This document shows, one piece after another, positions 8,678-17,954 of a stretch of DNA of 64,000 nucleotides. This stretch comes from Rhodospirillaceae bacterium (GTDB lineage: Bacteria; Pseudomonadota; Alphaproteobacteria; TMED109). The translations under genes and the position numbers were made by a program. The notes beneath the pieces are model-generated. The model made no database searches. It was not told the origin of the DNA and was given only the letters and a program-made list of their open reading frames with translations. The stretch lies in the NCBI GenBank assembly GCA_902614225.1, contig CACMKJ010000001.1:12032-76031 (forward strand), given 5' to 3'. The first letter of the stretch is position 1; each line of letters opens with the position of its first letter.

Positions 8678-9088
8678 TTATTTAGCTCCTGTTATGATTT
8701 TTATATGATCCACCATAGACATCATGCCTACCTGTCTTCTAGCGGATAAACTAGGACCTAAACCTAATTTATTCACAATATCATGTTTTAATTCTTTTAT
8801 TTCATCATTAGTCAATCCTGATAGCGCTTCTGTAATTATTTTAACTAAACCTTTAACAATAAGTGCGTCACTATCTCCATCAAAATAGTTTTTGCCATTT
8901 TTGGTGTCAAATTTTATCCAGACCTGTGCTAAGCATCCTGACATTTTATTTTTATCAATCTTTTCTTGTGGTTCTAAAGATCCTTTTTTCTTTCCTATAT
9001 CAATAAGATATTCAAATTGTCCTTCTTCACCTTCTAATTCAAGAATAGTTTTCAAGTTATCGGCGTGTTTTGTTAATATATCTATCAT
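8678..9088 (-). CDS. sufE: Fe-S cluster sulfur acceptor SufE family protein
   Basis: YLIDIGKK, GCLAQVW (catalytic Cys), GDSDALIVKGL, LSARRQVG. Confidence 0.9.
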   Translation of the reverse strand: MIDILTKHADNLKTILELEGEEGQFEYLIDIGKKKGSLEPQEKIDKNKMSGCLAQVWIKFDTKNGKNYFDGDSDALIVKGLVKIITEALSGLTNDEIKELKHDIVNKLGLGPSLSARRQVGMMSMVDHIKIITGAK

Positions 9089-9092
9089 ATCC

Positions 9093-9842
9093 TTATTGTA
9101 ACTTATATACGATAATAATAGAAAAAGTATTATTTTTTTTTAATATAGAGTTCTTTTTATAAGGAGATATGAGCTCCAATGTATTTATTGAAGCATTGAT
9201 TAATCTTTTAGGAGCGTTTGTTTTTTTTCCTGTTTTCACATTTATAATATTACCATTTATGTCTATAGAAAATTTTAATTCTACTATTCCTTCCTCCCTC
9301 TTTCTTAATGATATGCGTGGATAGTTTTCAGTAGCTTTTTTTTGAATTAAAGCTTTAAGCTCATTATTATATTTATTAAAAATTTCTTTTTCTTCATTTG
9401 TAATTACTGCAGTAGTTGTATTATTTATTTTTTTTTTATTATTTTGCTGTTGAGAAATAATTTTAGATACAGTATTTTCTCGGTTTTTTTCTACTTGACT
9501 TTTATTTTTAGCTTTTTTTTTTTTCTGTTTTTGTTCTTCAAATTTATAAACATTTTTATTTTTATCAATTTTTTTAATATCTTTTCTAGGCGTTTTAATC
9601 TCAGTTATAGTTTCTGTATTTTTATTTATTTCATTTTTACTTTTTTTATCTTTTTTTATATCTATAAAGTTTTTTTCTTTAGAAATGTCTTCTGTTTTAA
9701 TAGTCCTTAGAGTTTTTAAATTAATATTTATTACATCATTATGTATATTTATTTGCTTATCTATTTTAAATAGAAAAATAAGGCAACATACGACTAATAT
9801 ATGCAACAAGATTGATAAAGAATAATTTAGATTTATAAACAT
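9093..9842 (-). CDS. tonB: Energy transducer TonB family protein
   Basis: N-terminal TM with SILLH, Lys-rich linker, C-terminal YPRISLRKREEGIVELKFSIDINGNI. Confidence 0.8.
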   Translation of the reverse strand: MFINLNYSLSILLHILVVCCLIFLFKIDKQINIHNDVININLKTLRTIKTEDISKEKNFIDIKKDKKSKNEINKNTETITEIKTPRKDIKKIDKNKNVYKFEEQKQKKKKAKNKSQVEKNRENTVSKIISQQQNNKKKINNTTTAVITNEEKEIFNKYNNELKALIQKKATENYPRISLRKREEGIVELKFSIDINGNIINVKTGKKTNAPKRLINASINTLELISPYKKNSILKKNNTFSIIIVYKLQ

Positions 9843-9886
9843 AAAAAAATCATAAATCTAAACATTATTCTAAATCAATTCCAATA

Positions 9887-12364
9887 CTACCACTTTATAC
9901 TAGTGCCTATAAAGAATGATAATGGTTGACCAGGAGACAAAAAGTTTGGATCAAGAGCTCCTACAGCGGTATCACCTGCTCCTGTATCACCCAGCTCTTT
10001 GATAGGAACATTAACTTCACTAGAACTTGCCTCTCCTAAAACTCCCATAGTTTCATATTTACTGTCTAATATATTGTCAACCCTAGCAAATACATTTATA
10101 TTTTTTGTTGGTTGGTACTTGGATTCTAAATTAAATACCACATATGGACTTGTCTTATTTAATTGATTAGACTCGTCTCCTCTAAGATAGACTCCAGTTG
10201 CTCCCAAAGCCCCTAATGAAATGTTAAACTTATTATTTAAACCAAAGGTAGTTTTAGCATTAATTTTATGCAAAGGCATTCCTGGAATTATGTCGCCTGC
10301 TTCTATATCATTAGAGCCATTAGGATGATTTGCTGCTGGTAAAGTGTGAGCTGATTGAAAGGTTGCTTTTAGATATGAATAATTTATTGTAGAAGTTTGA
10401 AAACCTTTTTTTTGTTTATTTTTTACAGCTCTTAAAGATAGATCAAACCCTAACCTATTAGTTTTACCAAAGTTTTTAAAGTAGCCTGAAGAAAGGCCAG
10501 TCCCTGAACTAACAAACAATATATCTTCTGAATTTTGAGAAAAATGTCCTATTGCATTAATATTAATATTATAATTTTCTGTATTATAATTATTTCTAAT
10601 TCCAAGCTCTGCTCCTCTGGTTACTACTTGCTCTAGTGGAGGATCAGCTACAAATGCATTGGGTAATCTACAAGGTGCAGCAGGATCAGCGCAGCTTAAT
10701 TCTACTGGCGAAGGTGCTCTATTAGCTTCTCTATAATTTGCTAACAATGCTATTTCATTAGAATAATTATATACAAAGCCTAGGCTAGGATTAACTCTAA
10801 AATACCTGTGATCTCCATTTATAAACGCTGTTCTTGTGTAGGTTGGAGTTGTGAAGTTATCTATTAACTCAACAAAAGCCAGGTTAGCTCTAAGCCCATT
10901 ATTTAAGACTAGTTTGTCGTTGTATTCAAAGTTATTACTGGCATAAACACCGTAAATATTTAATTTTCCTGTAACTTCAGCTGGTCCTACATCACCTCTT
11001 TCTTTATCCTCAGGGTCATTTCCAGCTCCATCATGCTCTTGTTCAGCTACAAGTTCTATAGGAACACCGTCACTATTGAATAAGGGAGTTACAGTTCTTT
11101 CATTGGTTAGTGTTCCTAAAAATCCTTGTGATCTAAAATATGTTTTTGCCTGATCATAGGAGGAGCCAAAGGTTAGCTTGTGTGTTTTGTCGTAAATATT
11201 AAAGAAGTTATCATACTGTATAGCGCCACCCATAGTTGTGGTAGTTGTAAATGTTTTATTTAATAGTCCGTACTTTCTAATATTATCATTAGATTCTATT
11301 GCATTACCAAATTGATCTAAGATAATCCCATAGTCACCTGCTGAATTATCTTCTCCACATAAAGGAGCATCATCGAAACCGTAGTCATTTTTTAATTCTG
11401 TAGCATCAGCAGCACTATCTTCTGCACACTCTTCAGCATCAACTTCGTCTGCGTTGTAAGTAGTTCTATAAAGTCTTTTGTGATAAAAGTTTGTGGAGAT
11501 AATTCCATCATTTGCGGTATAAAAATTAGAGTTACCATAAAATAAACTCATTTTATTAGAGGTTTTGTCTGGCCATGTAAATACTGCTTCTCTATTTTTT
11601 TGTAGAAGTTCTATAGGTATTACACCATTACCATTTAAATCAGTATTACCTCCTAAGAATGAAAAATTTATATCATAGGTATCTTTTTCAAAGCCATAAT
11701 TTGTATAAAATCTAAAAATTTCTCCATCACTATGATCTCTCCATCCTCCATCTCTTTCTAGTTCAATAGAAGTATACATTCCAAATGTATCTGTGCCATA
11801 TCCATGCTCCATTAATTCAGAGGTGTAATTGAAAGAACCGTATTTATTAATAGTATCTAGAATTTCTTTATTTTTAAAATCTAGACCTTTTTTTGTGCTT
11901 AATGCCAGCGACCCCCCTAATGCATTTAGACCAAAGGCAGGATTTGAACTCATTAAGTCTATTTGCTTTATTGCATTTTCAGGAACAAGTTCCCATTGAA
12001 CGGTATCTCCAAAACTTTCATTTATTCTAACTCCGTCTAGATATACAGATATGCCCTGAGACTCGCCTAATAGAGGAGAGGCTGTATATCCTCTATAATC
12101 AACATTTTTTTGAAATGCTCCATTTTGTAAATCTTTTACAGATATACCGGAGAAGTTTTCATTCATAAGGTCTGTTATAGTTTTTGTCAGATTCTCTTGA
12201 ATTTGAGTTTCAGTAATTTTTTGAGAAGTATGAGGTACATCTTTGCGATCAATTAAAATACCAGGTAGGGGAGATGTACCGATAACATCTACTGTGCCTA
12301 AATCTTCTTGAGCATTAAGTTTGTAAAAATAAAAAAAGGCAATAAATACTAAAAAAAAATTCAC
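9887..12364 (-). CDS. TonB-dependent receptor with acidic extracellular loops
   Basis: YRGYTASPLLGESQGISVYLDGVRINESFGD, NPAFGLNALGG, RAPSPVELSCADPAAPCRLPN, C-terminal Trp; GTG at 12364 with SD AGGAG preferred over 12433. Confidence 0.9.
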   Translation of the reverse strand: MNFFLVFIAFFYFYKLNAQEDLGTVDVIGTSPLPGILIDRKDVPHTSQKITETQIQENLTKTITDLMNENFSGISVKDLQNGAFQKNVDYRGYTASPLLGESQGISVYLDGVRINESFGDTVQWELVPENAIKQIDLMSSNPAFGLNALGGSLALSTKKGLDFKNKEILDTINKYGSFNYTSELMEHGYGTDTFGMYTSIELERDGGWRDHSDGEIFRFYTNYGFEKDTYDINFSFLGGNTDLNGNGVIPIELLQKNREAVFTWPDKTSNKMSLFYGNSNFYTANDGIISTNFYHKRLYRTTYNADEVDAEECAEDSAADATELKNDYGFDDAPLCGEDNSAGDYGIILDQFGNAIESNDNIRKYGLLNKTFTTTTTMGGAIQYDNFFNIYDKTHKLTFGSSYDQAKTYFRSQGFLGTLTNERTVTPLFNSDGVPIELVAEQEHDGAGNDPEDKERGDVGPAEVTGKLNIYGVYASNNFEYNDKLVLNNGLRANLAFVELIDNFTTPTYTRTAFINGDHRYFRVNPSLGFVYNYSNEIALLANYREANRAPSPVELSCADPAAPCRLPNAFVADPPLEQVVTRGAELGIRNNYNTENYNININAIGHFSQNSEDILFVSSGTGLSSGYFKNFGKTNRLGFDLSLRAVKNKQKKGFQTSTINYSYLKATFQSAHTLPAANHPNGSNDIEAGDIIPGMPLHKINAKTTFGLNNKFNISLGALGATGVYLRGDESNQLNKTSPYVVFNLESKYQPTKNINVFARVDNILDSKYETMGVLGEASSSEVNVPIKELGDTGAGDTAVGALDPNFLSPGQPLSFFIGTSIKW

Positions 12365-12401
12365 AAGAACTCCTAAAAATCTATTTATTATAAAACATAA
12401 T

Positions 12402-12433
12402 AATATATATAGGAATTTCCTATAACGTGTCAA
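12402..12433 (-). promoter_or_regulatory. Sigma70-like promoter with an 8-1-8 palindromic operator upstream of the TonB receptor
   Basis: TTGACA at 12433-12428 and a TATATA-like -10 near 12411-12406; palindrome TATAGGAA-T-TTCCTATA at 12408-12424. Confidence 0.6.
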
Positions 12434-12463
12434 TAACTTGTATTAACTTTTGTTTTTTGAATA

Positions 12464-12961
12464 TTATAGTTTTGTAGGGTTTTCGATACCTTCATATACT
12501 ATGTGAGGATCAAAAGATTTCTTATTCTCTGTAAATTTTAATACTAATTTGCCGTCTGAAACTTCAACCTTTCTGTAAAAACAACTTTTATATCCTACAT
12601 GGCAAGAAGCTTTTTCTCCTCCTTTTGTTGGTTCATTTAATTGAACTGTAAAAATAATTGAATCTTGGTCATCATCAATTAAAATGTCTTGAATTTGATG
12701 ATACATTCCAGAAACTTCACCTTTAAGCCAAATATTTTTTCTACTTCTTGAATAATAATGTGCTTTGTCTGTTTCTATACTTTTTCTAAGAGCTTCTTTA
12801 TTAAGAAAAGAGAACATTAAAACTTCTTTGCTTTCATATTCAATAGTTATGCAAGGAATTAAACCTTCCTTATTAAATTTTGGACAAAGTTCTGTTCCTT
12901 CTTCAATTTGTTCTATTGATACTCTATTATTGAAAATAATATTTTTTTTATCAATTTTCAT
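12464..12961 (-). CDS. hisI: Phosphoribosyl-AMP cyclohydrolase
   Basis: GLIPCI, YYSRSRKNIWLKGEVSG, DDDQD, SCHVGYKSCFYR. Confidence 0.95.
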   Translation of the reverse strand: MKIDKKNIIFNNRVSIEQIEEGTELCPKFNKEGLIPCITIEYESKEVLMFSFLNKEALRKSIETDKAHYYSRSRKNIWLKGEVSGMYHQIQDILIDDDQDSIIFTVQLNEPTKGGEKASCHVGYKSCFYRKVEVSDGKLVLKFTENKKSFDPHIVYEGIENPTKL

Positions 12962-13044
12962 TTGTCTTACATTAATGGCTATTTGTATTTATTTACTAAA
13001 AATGATAATAATATATGAAATTTTAAAAAAAAACATAAATTAAT

Positions 13045-13656
13045 ATGAAAAATAACAACACATTAAAAAAAAATATTATTAATAAAAACTATCCCTCAGA
13101 AGAAGAAGCAAAAGAGGCCGTCAAAACACTTATAGCTTGGGCTGGAGATAATCCTGATAGAGAAGGTTTGATAGAGACACCTAAAAGAGTAATTAATGCT
13201 TATAAAGAATTTTTTGAAGGATACACTACAGAACCAGATAAAATACTATCAAAAACTTTTGAAGAAGTAGCTGGGTATGATGAGATGGTTGTAATTAGGG
13301 ACATTAGATTAGAGTCTCACTGTGAACATCATATGGTACCTATTTTAGGTAAAGCTCATGTAGCTTACATACCAGATAAAAGAGTAGTAGGAATAAGCAA
13401 GCTAGCAAGAGTAGTTGACTGTTATGCAAAAAGATTACAAACACAAGAGACAATGACTGCTCAAATTGCAGGATGTATTCAAAGAGTTTTATTGCCTAAA
13501 GGAGTTGCAGTAGTTGTAGATGCCGCACACCAATGTATGACTACTAGAGGTGTACACAAATCTACTACAAGCACTGTAACAAGCAGAATGTTAGGTTTAT
13601 TCAGAACGGATGCTAGAACAAGAATGGAATTTATGAACTTTATAGGTAAAAACTAA
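13045..13656 (+). CDS. folE: GTP cyclohydrolase I
   Basis: [33 protein letters not shown]. Confidence 0.97.
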   Translation: MKNNNTLKKNIINKNYPSEEEAKEAVKTLIAWAGDNPDREGLIETPKRVINAYKEFFEGYTTEPDKILSKTFEEVAGYDEMVVIRDIRLESHCEHHMVPILGKAHVAYIPDKRVVGISKLARVVDCYAKRLQTQETMTAQIAGCIQRVLLPKGVAVVVDAAHQCMTTRGVHKSTTSTVTSRMLGLFRTDARTRMEFMNFIGKN

Positions 13657-13667
13657 GACTGATTTAA

Positions 13668-14288
13668 TTGATTAATAAAACCAAATCTATATTAAAATCA
13701 AATTTTCCTATTATTTTAGCATCAAACTCTGAGTCTAGATTTAAAATTTTGCAGGAAACAGGCATAGATTTTAAGCAATTAAAATCAAATATTGATGAAA
13801 GCCTTGTAAAAGAAAATTATAAAAAAAAGAATGCAAACTTTATTGCCACAAAATTAGCTGAAGCAAAAGCATTGTTTATTAGTAGTGAAAATAGAAAATA
13901 TTATGTTATAGGAGCAGATCAAATATGTATAAGTAAAGGCAAAATATTTTCTAAGCCTAAAAATAAAAAAAAAGCAATTGAACAGTTATCAGAACTAAAT
14001 GGAAAAACGCACAAATTAATTAGTGCTTTTAGCTTATGCTATAACAATCAGGTAGTTTATAGTTATGTAGAGGAAGTAAAATTAAAGATGAGAAAGCTAT
14101 CAAAAAAATCTCTTAGAGATTATGTTGAAATTGACCTTCCCATGAGCTCTTGTGGCTCTTATAGATTTGAAGCAAATGGAAAGTATCTTTTCTCTGATGT
14201 AGTGGGAAATACCTCAACTATATTAGGGCTACCAATTTTGCCTTTAATAAAAATTTTATTTAAAAAAAAAATTATAACTTATGTCTAA
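13668..14288 (+). CDS. maf: Maf family nucleoside triphosphate pyrophosphatase
   Basis: ILASNSESR, IGADQ, KP, GSYRFE, ILGLP. Confidence 0.92.
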   Translation: MINKTKSILKSNFPIILASNSESRFKILQETGIDFKQLKSNIDESLVKENYKKKNANFIATKLAEAKALFISSENRKYYVIGADQICISKGKIFSKPKNKKKAIEQLSELNGKTHKLISAFSLCYNNQVVYSYVEEVKLKMRKLSKKSLRDYVEIDLPMSSCGSYRFEANGKYLFSDVVGNTSTILGLPILPLIKILFKKKIITYV

Positions 14289-15675
14289 ATTAAAAATATA
14301 TGATTCTATGCAGTGTAAAAAAGTTTTATTTGAGCCAATAGATCCTAAAAACATAAGAGTATATGCATGTGGTCCCACTGTATATGATTATGCGCATATT
14401 GGAAATGCTAGAATGGCAGTAGTATTTGATACTTTGGTAAGACTGCTTAGAGAGCTATATGGAAAAGTTACTTATGTATCTAATATAACTGATATTGATG
14501 ACAAGATCATTGAGAGAAGTAACAAAGAAAAAGTATCAGTACATTCTATAACTAATAAATTTTTTAAAATTTATAATGATGATATGGAAATGTTAAATGT
14601 GATGAAACCTAATTACCAACCCAAAGCAACTGAATTCGTTGAAAAAATGATATCAGCAATATCTAAATTGGAAAAAAAAAAATTTGCTTATCATGCAGAA
14701 GGAAACATTATGTTTGACGTATCTAAATTTAATATTTATGGCTCTTTATCAAGTAGAAAAAGAGAGGAACAGATTGCAGGAAGAAGAGTAAAAGTAGCAA
14801 ACTATAAAAAAAATCCTGAGGATTTTGTCTTGTGGAAAGCTTCTAAAGATAGTGAACCTGCATGGGACTCTCCATGGGGTCCTGGACGCCCAGGTTGGCA
14901 TACAGAATGTTTTGTAATGGCTACTGAAATATTAGGTACTCCTTTTGACATACATGGTGGAGGTCTAGACTTAAAATTTCCACACCATGAGAATGAATTA
15001 GCTCAAAGTTGTTGTTACAGCGGAAACCTTGATCAAAAAAATAGTTATGCTAAGTATTGGATGCATAACGGATTTGTTACTGTAGACTCGGAAAAGATGT
15101 CTAAATCATTAGGTAATATAAGTTTGGTAAAAGACTTTTTAAAATTATATGATGGGGAAGTCTTGCGACTTGCACTCTTGAGTGCTCATTATAGAAGTCC
15201 TCTTAATTGGAGTGAACAAGTTTTATCTCAATCAAAAAATAGAATCACTAAGTACAAAAAAATTTTAGAAGAATATAAAAAATTATCAACTATAGAGGAT
15301 GTTAAAGGTAATCTAATTGTACATCAGATAGAAGAGGCATTATTAGATGATATTAATATTTCTAAATCTTTAAGTATCTTGGATGCTAATGTGAAAGATA
15401 TGCATAAAAAAGATGAAATAGAAAAAAAAAATATTATTCAATCAATACAATATTTAGGAAAAATTATAGGTGTTTTTTCTAATCGAATACCTGTTACTTT
15501 ATCAAAAGAAAAAAAAGTATTTAATGAAAAAGAGATCAATCTCTTGATAAAAAAAAGAAATGAGGCTAGAAAAAATAAAGATTTTGATTTAGCAGATAAC
15601 ATAAGGAAAAAATTAACAGAAATGGGTGTAGAGATTAAAGACCAATCTAATGAAACTGTTTGGAAGAAAGTTTAA
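14281..15675 (+). CDS. cysS: Cysteine--tRNA ligase
   Basis: YACGPTVYDYAHIGN, GRPGWHTEC, FPHHENE, KMSKSLGN. Confidence 0.98.
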   Translation: MSKLKIYDSMQCKKVLFEPIDPKNIRVYACGPTVYDYAHIGNARMAVVFDTLVRLLRELYGKVTYVSNITDIDDKIIERSNKEKVSVHSITNKFFKIYNDDMEMLNVMKPNYQPKATEFVEKMISAISKLEKKKFAYHAEGNIMFDVSKFNIYGSLSSRKREEQIAGRRVKVANYKKNPEDFVLWKASKDSEPAWDSPWGPGRPGWHTECFVMATEILGTPFDIHGGGLDLKFPHHENELAQSCCYSGNLDQKNSYAKYWMHNGFVTVDSEKMSKSLGNISLVKDFLKLYDGEVLRLALLSAHYRSPLNWSEQVLSQSKNRITKYKKILEEYKKLSTIEDVKGNLIVHQIEEALLDDINISKSLSILDANVKDMHKKDEIEKKNIIQSIQYLGKIIGVFSNRIPVTLSKEKKVFNEKEINLLIKKRNEARKNKDFDLADNIRKKLTEMGVEIKDQSNETVWKKV

Positions 15676-15683
15676 ATTTAAAT

Positions 15684-17615
15684 ATGGATAAAGAATATAT
15701 AAAAATTACTTTTCCAGATGGAAGAAAACAAGATTTTAAGTATGGAACAACAGGATATGATATAGCAAAAAGCATATCCCCATCATTACTTAAGAAAGCT
15801 ATTGCAATTGAAATTGATGGTTCAGAACAAGACCTTTGTGAAAATATAAGCAGTGATGCGAATATTTCTATTTTAACATTGAATGATAATAAAGGCTTAA
15901 ATATAATGAGGCATACATTAACTGCTCAAGTATTAGCTAAGGCCTTAAAAAATTTATATCCAAATGTAAAACTTGCAATTGGTCCTATTATTGAAAATGG
16001 TTTTTATTATGATTTTGAGTTAGATAAATCTATAACTACTCAAGATTTACCTATGATAGAAAAAGAGATGAAGAAAATTATATCTAGTGGGAATGAGATA
16101 GAAAAAAAATATCTCTCAAAAGAAAAAGTAACTGATTTATTCAGGAATAAAAATGAAACGTATAAAGTGGATATTATTGAAAAATCAGAACAACAAGGAA
16201 ACTTTTCTACATATTATCAAAAAAATACTGATTTCGTTGATTTATGCTATGGTCCTCATTTACCTAGCTTAAAACATATTGGTCCTTTTAAACTTACTAA
16301 GGTAGCTGGAGCTTATTGGAAAGGTGACTCAAAAAATAAAATGTTACAAAGAATTTATGGAACAGCTTGGAAAAACCAAGATGATTTGAAAAAATATTTA
16401 AATATGATTGAAGAAGCTGAAAAAAGAGATCATAGAGCTTTAGGAAAAAAATTAGATTTATTTCATTTCCAAGAAGAGGCTCCTGGTGCTGTTTTTTGGC
16501 ATCCAAAAGGTTGGACTATTTTTCAAAATTTAATTAATTATATGAGAAAAAAGCAAGACGAAGCAGGTTATTTAGAAATAAATACACCAGAAATTTTAGA
16601 TAAAAGTTTATGGCAGAGGTCAGGACACCTTGAGAAATTTGGTGATAATATGTTTACTACAACTACTGAAGATAAAAAAGAGTATGCTATAAAACCAATG
16701 AACTGTCCAGGAGGAATTCAGGTATTCAGACAAGGGTTGAGGAGTTATAGAGAGTTACCTTATAAAATAGCAGAGTTTGGTAAGGTTCACAGGTATGAGC
16801 CATCAGGTGCCCTTCACGGATTAATGAGAGTTAGGGCTTTTACTCAAGATGATGCTCATATATTTTGTACAGAACAACAAATTGAAGAAGAATGTATAAA
16901 ATTATGCAACTTAATTACGAATATCTATAAGGATTTTGGCTTTGATCAAATAGTAATAAAGTACTCTGACAGACCTAAAAAAAGAGTTGGTAGTGATATT
17001 ATTTGGGATAAATCAGAAGAGGCACTTTTAAATACTATAAAATCATTAAATGTACCTTATGAAGTTAATTCTGGAGAAGGAGCATTTTACGGTCCAAAAC
17101 TCGAATTTGTTTTAAGAGATGCTATCGGAAGAGACTGGCAATGTGGTACTGTTCAGATTGATCTTAATCTGCCTGAAAGGTTGGATTGCAATTTTATAAA
17201 TGGTGAAGGCAATAAGGAAAGACCAGTGATGATACATAGGGCTTTATTCGGTTCATTAGAGAGGTTTATAGGAATATTAATTGAACATTACTCTGGTAAT
17301 CTACCACTTTGGTTGTGTCCTATAAAAGCTGTAATTGCTACTGTAACTGAGAAATGTAACGATTATGCAAAAAATGTATGTGATTTGCTAAATAATAATA
17401 ACATTAAAGCTGAAATAGATTTAAGAAATGAAAAAATAGGGTATAAGGTTCGAGAACATAGCTACAGCAAAATACCCATTATTATAATAATTGGAGAAAA
17501 GGAAAAAAGTGACAATTCTGTCGCGGTAAGAAAGTTAGGTAGTAAAAACGTTGAGACTTTCTTATTAGAAGATTTTATAAAAATTACTAAAAATCAAATA
17601 AAGGAACCATGTTAA
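15684..17615 (+). CDS. thrS: Threonine--tRNA ligase
   Basis: TGS domain (FPDG), DLCYGPH, KPMNCPG, RVRAFTQDDAH, GAFYGPK, HRALFGSLERF; ATG at 15684 preferred. Confidence 0.98.
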   Translation: MDKEYIKITFPDGRKQDFKYGTTGYDIAKSISPSLLKKAIAIEIDGSEQDLCENISSDANISILTLNDNKGLNIMRHTLTAQVLAKALKNLYPNVKLAIGPIIENGFYYDFELDKSITTQDLPMIEKEMKKIISSGNEIEKKYLSKEKVTDLFRNKNETYKVDIIEKSEQQGNFSTYYQKNTDFVDLCYGPHLPSLKHIGPFKLTKVAGAYWKGDSKNKMLQRIYGTAWKNQDDLKKYLNMIEEAEKRDHRALGKKLDLFHFQEEAPGAVFWHPKGWTIFQNLINYMRKKQDEAGYLEINTPEILDKSLWQRSGHLEKFGDNMFTTTTEDKKEYAIKPMNCPGGIQVFRQGLRSYRELPYKIAEFGKVHRYEPSGALHGLMRVRAFTQDDAHIFCTEQQIEEECIKLCNLITNIYKDFGFDQIVIKYSDRPKKRVGSDIIWDKSEEALLNTIKSLNVPYEVNSGEGAFYGPKLEFVLRDAIGRDWQCGTVQIDLNLPERLDCNFINGEGNKERPVMIHRALFGSLERFIGILIEHYSGNLPLWLCPIKAVIATVTEKCNDYAKNVCDLLNNNNIKAEIDLRNEKIGYKVREHSYSKIPIIIIIGEKEKSDNSVAVRKLGSKNVETFLLEDFIKITKNQIKEPC

Positions 17616-17845
17616 AATATATTTTAATATTAATTATAAAGTTTTACAGGCTTTTTTTGTCGCCTTTATTAGGAAATAATTGTAGATTTTATCCTACTTG
17701 TTCAAATTATGCTCTACAGGCTTTAAAAAGATATTCTACTTTTTATGCGATAAAAATAATTATAATAAGACTTTTAAAATGTAATCCTTGGGGTGGGAGT
17801 GGAATAGATTTACTCCCTAAAAGAAATGCTAAAAATAAAAACTAG
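17609..17845 (+). CDS. yidD: Membrane protein insertion efficiency factor YidD
   Basis: SPLLGNNCRFYPTCSNY, RLLKCNPWGGSGID. Confidence 0.93.
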   Translation: MLKYILILIIKFYRLFLSPLLGNNCRFYPTCSNYALQALKRYSTFYAIKIIIIRLLKCNPWGGSGIDLLPKRNAKNKN

Positions 17846-17954
17846 TTGTGGAATAAAAAAATACAATAGACTAAAAAAGAAAAGAGGTTTTTTTAATAGG
17901 CTTAGACTATACTGGTTCTTGGTTTTTGGAGGTATAAGAGATGTTTTTAAGTAA
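17826..17954 (+). CDS. Putative 42-aa basic/amphipathic small protein (below the ORF-track cutoff)
   Basis: ATG at 17826: MLKIKTSCGIKKYNRLKKKRGFFNRLRLYWFLVFGGIRDVFK*. It spans the whole gap and overlaps both neighbours. Confidence 0.5.
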   Translation: MLKIKTSCGIKKYNRLKKKRGFFNRLRLYWFLVFGGIRDVFK

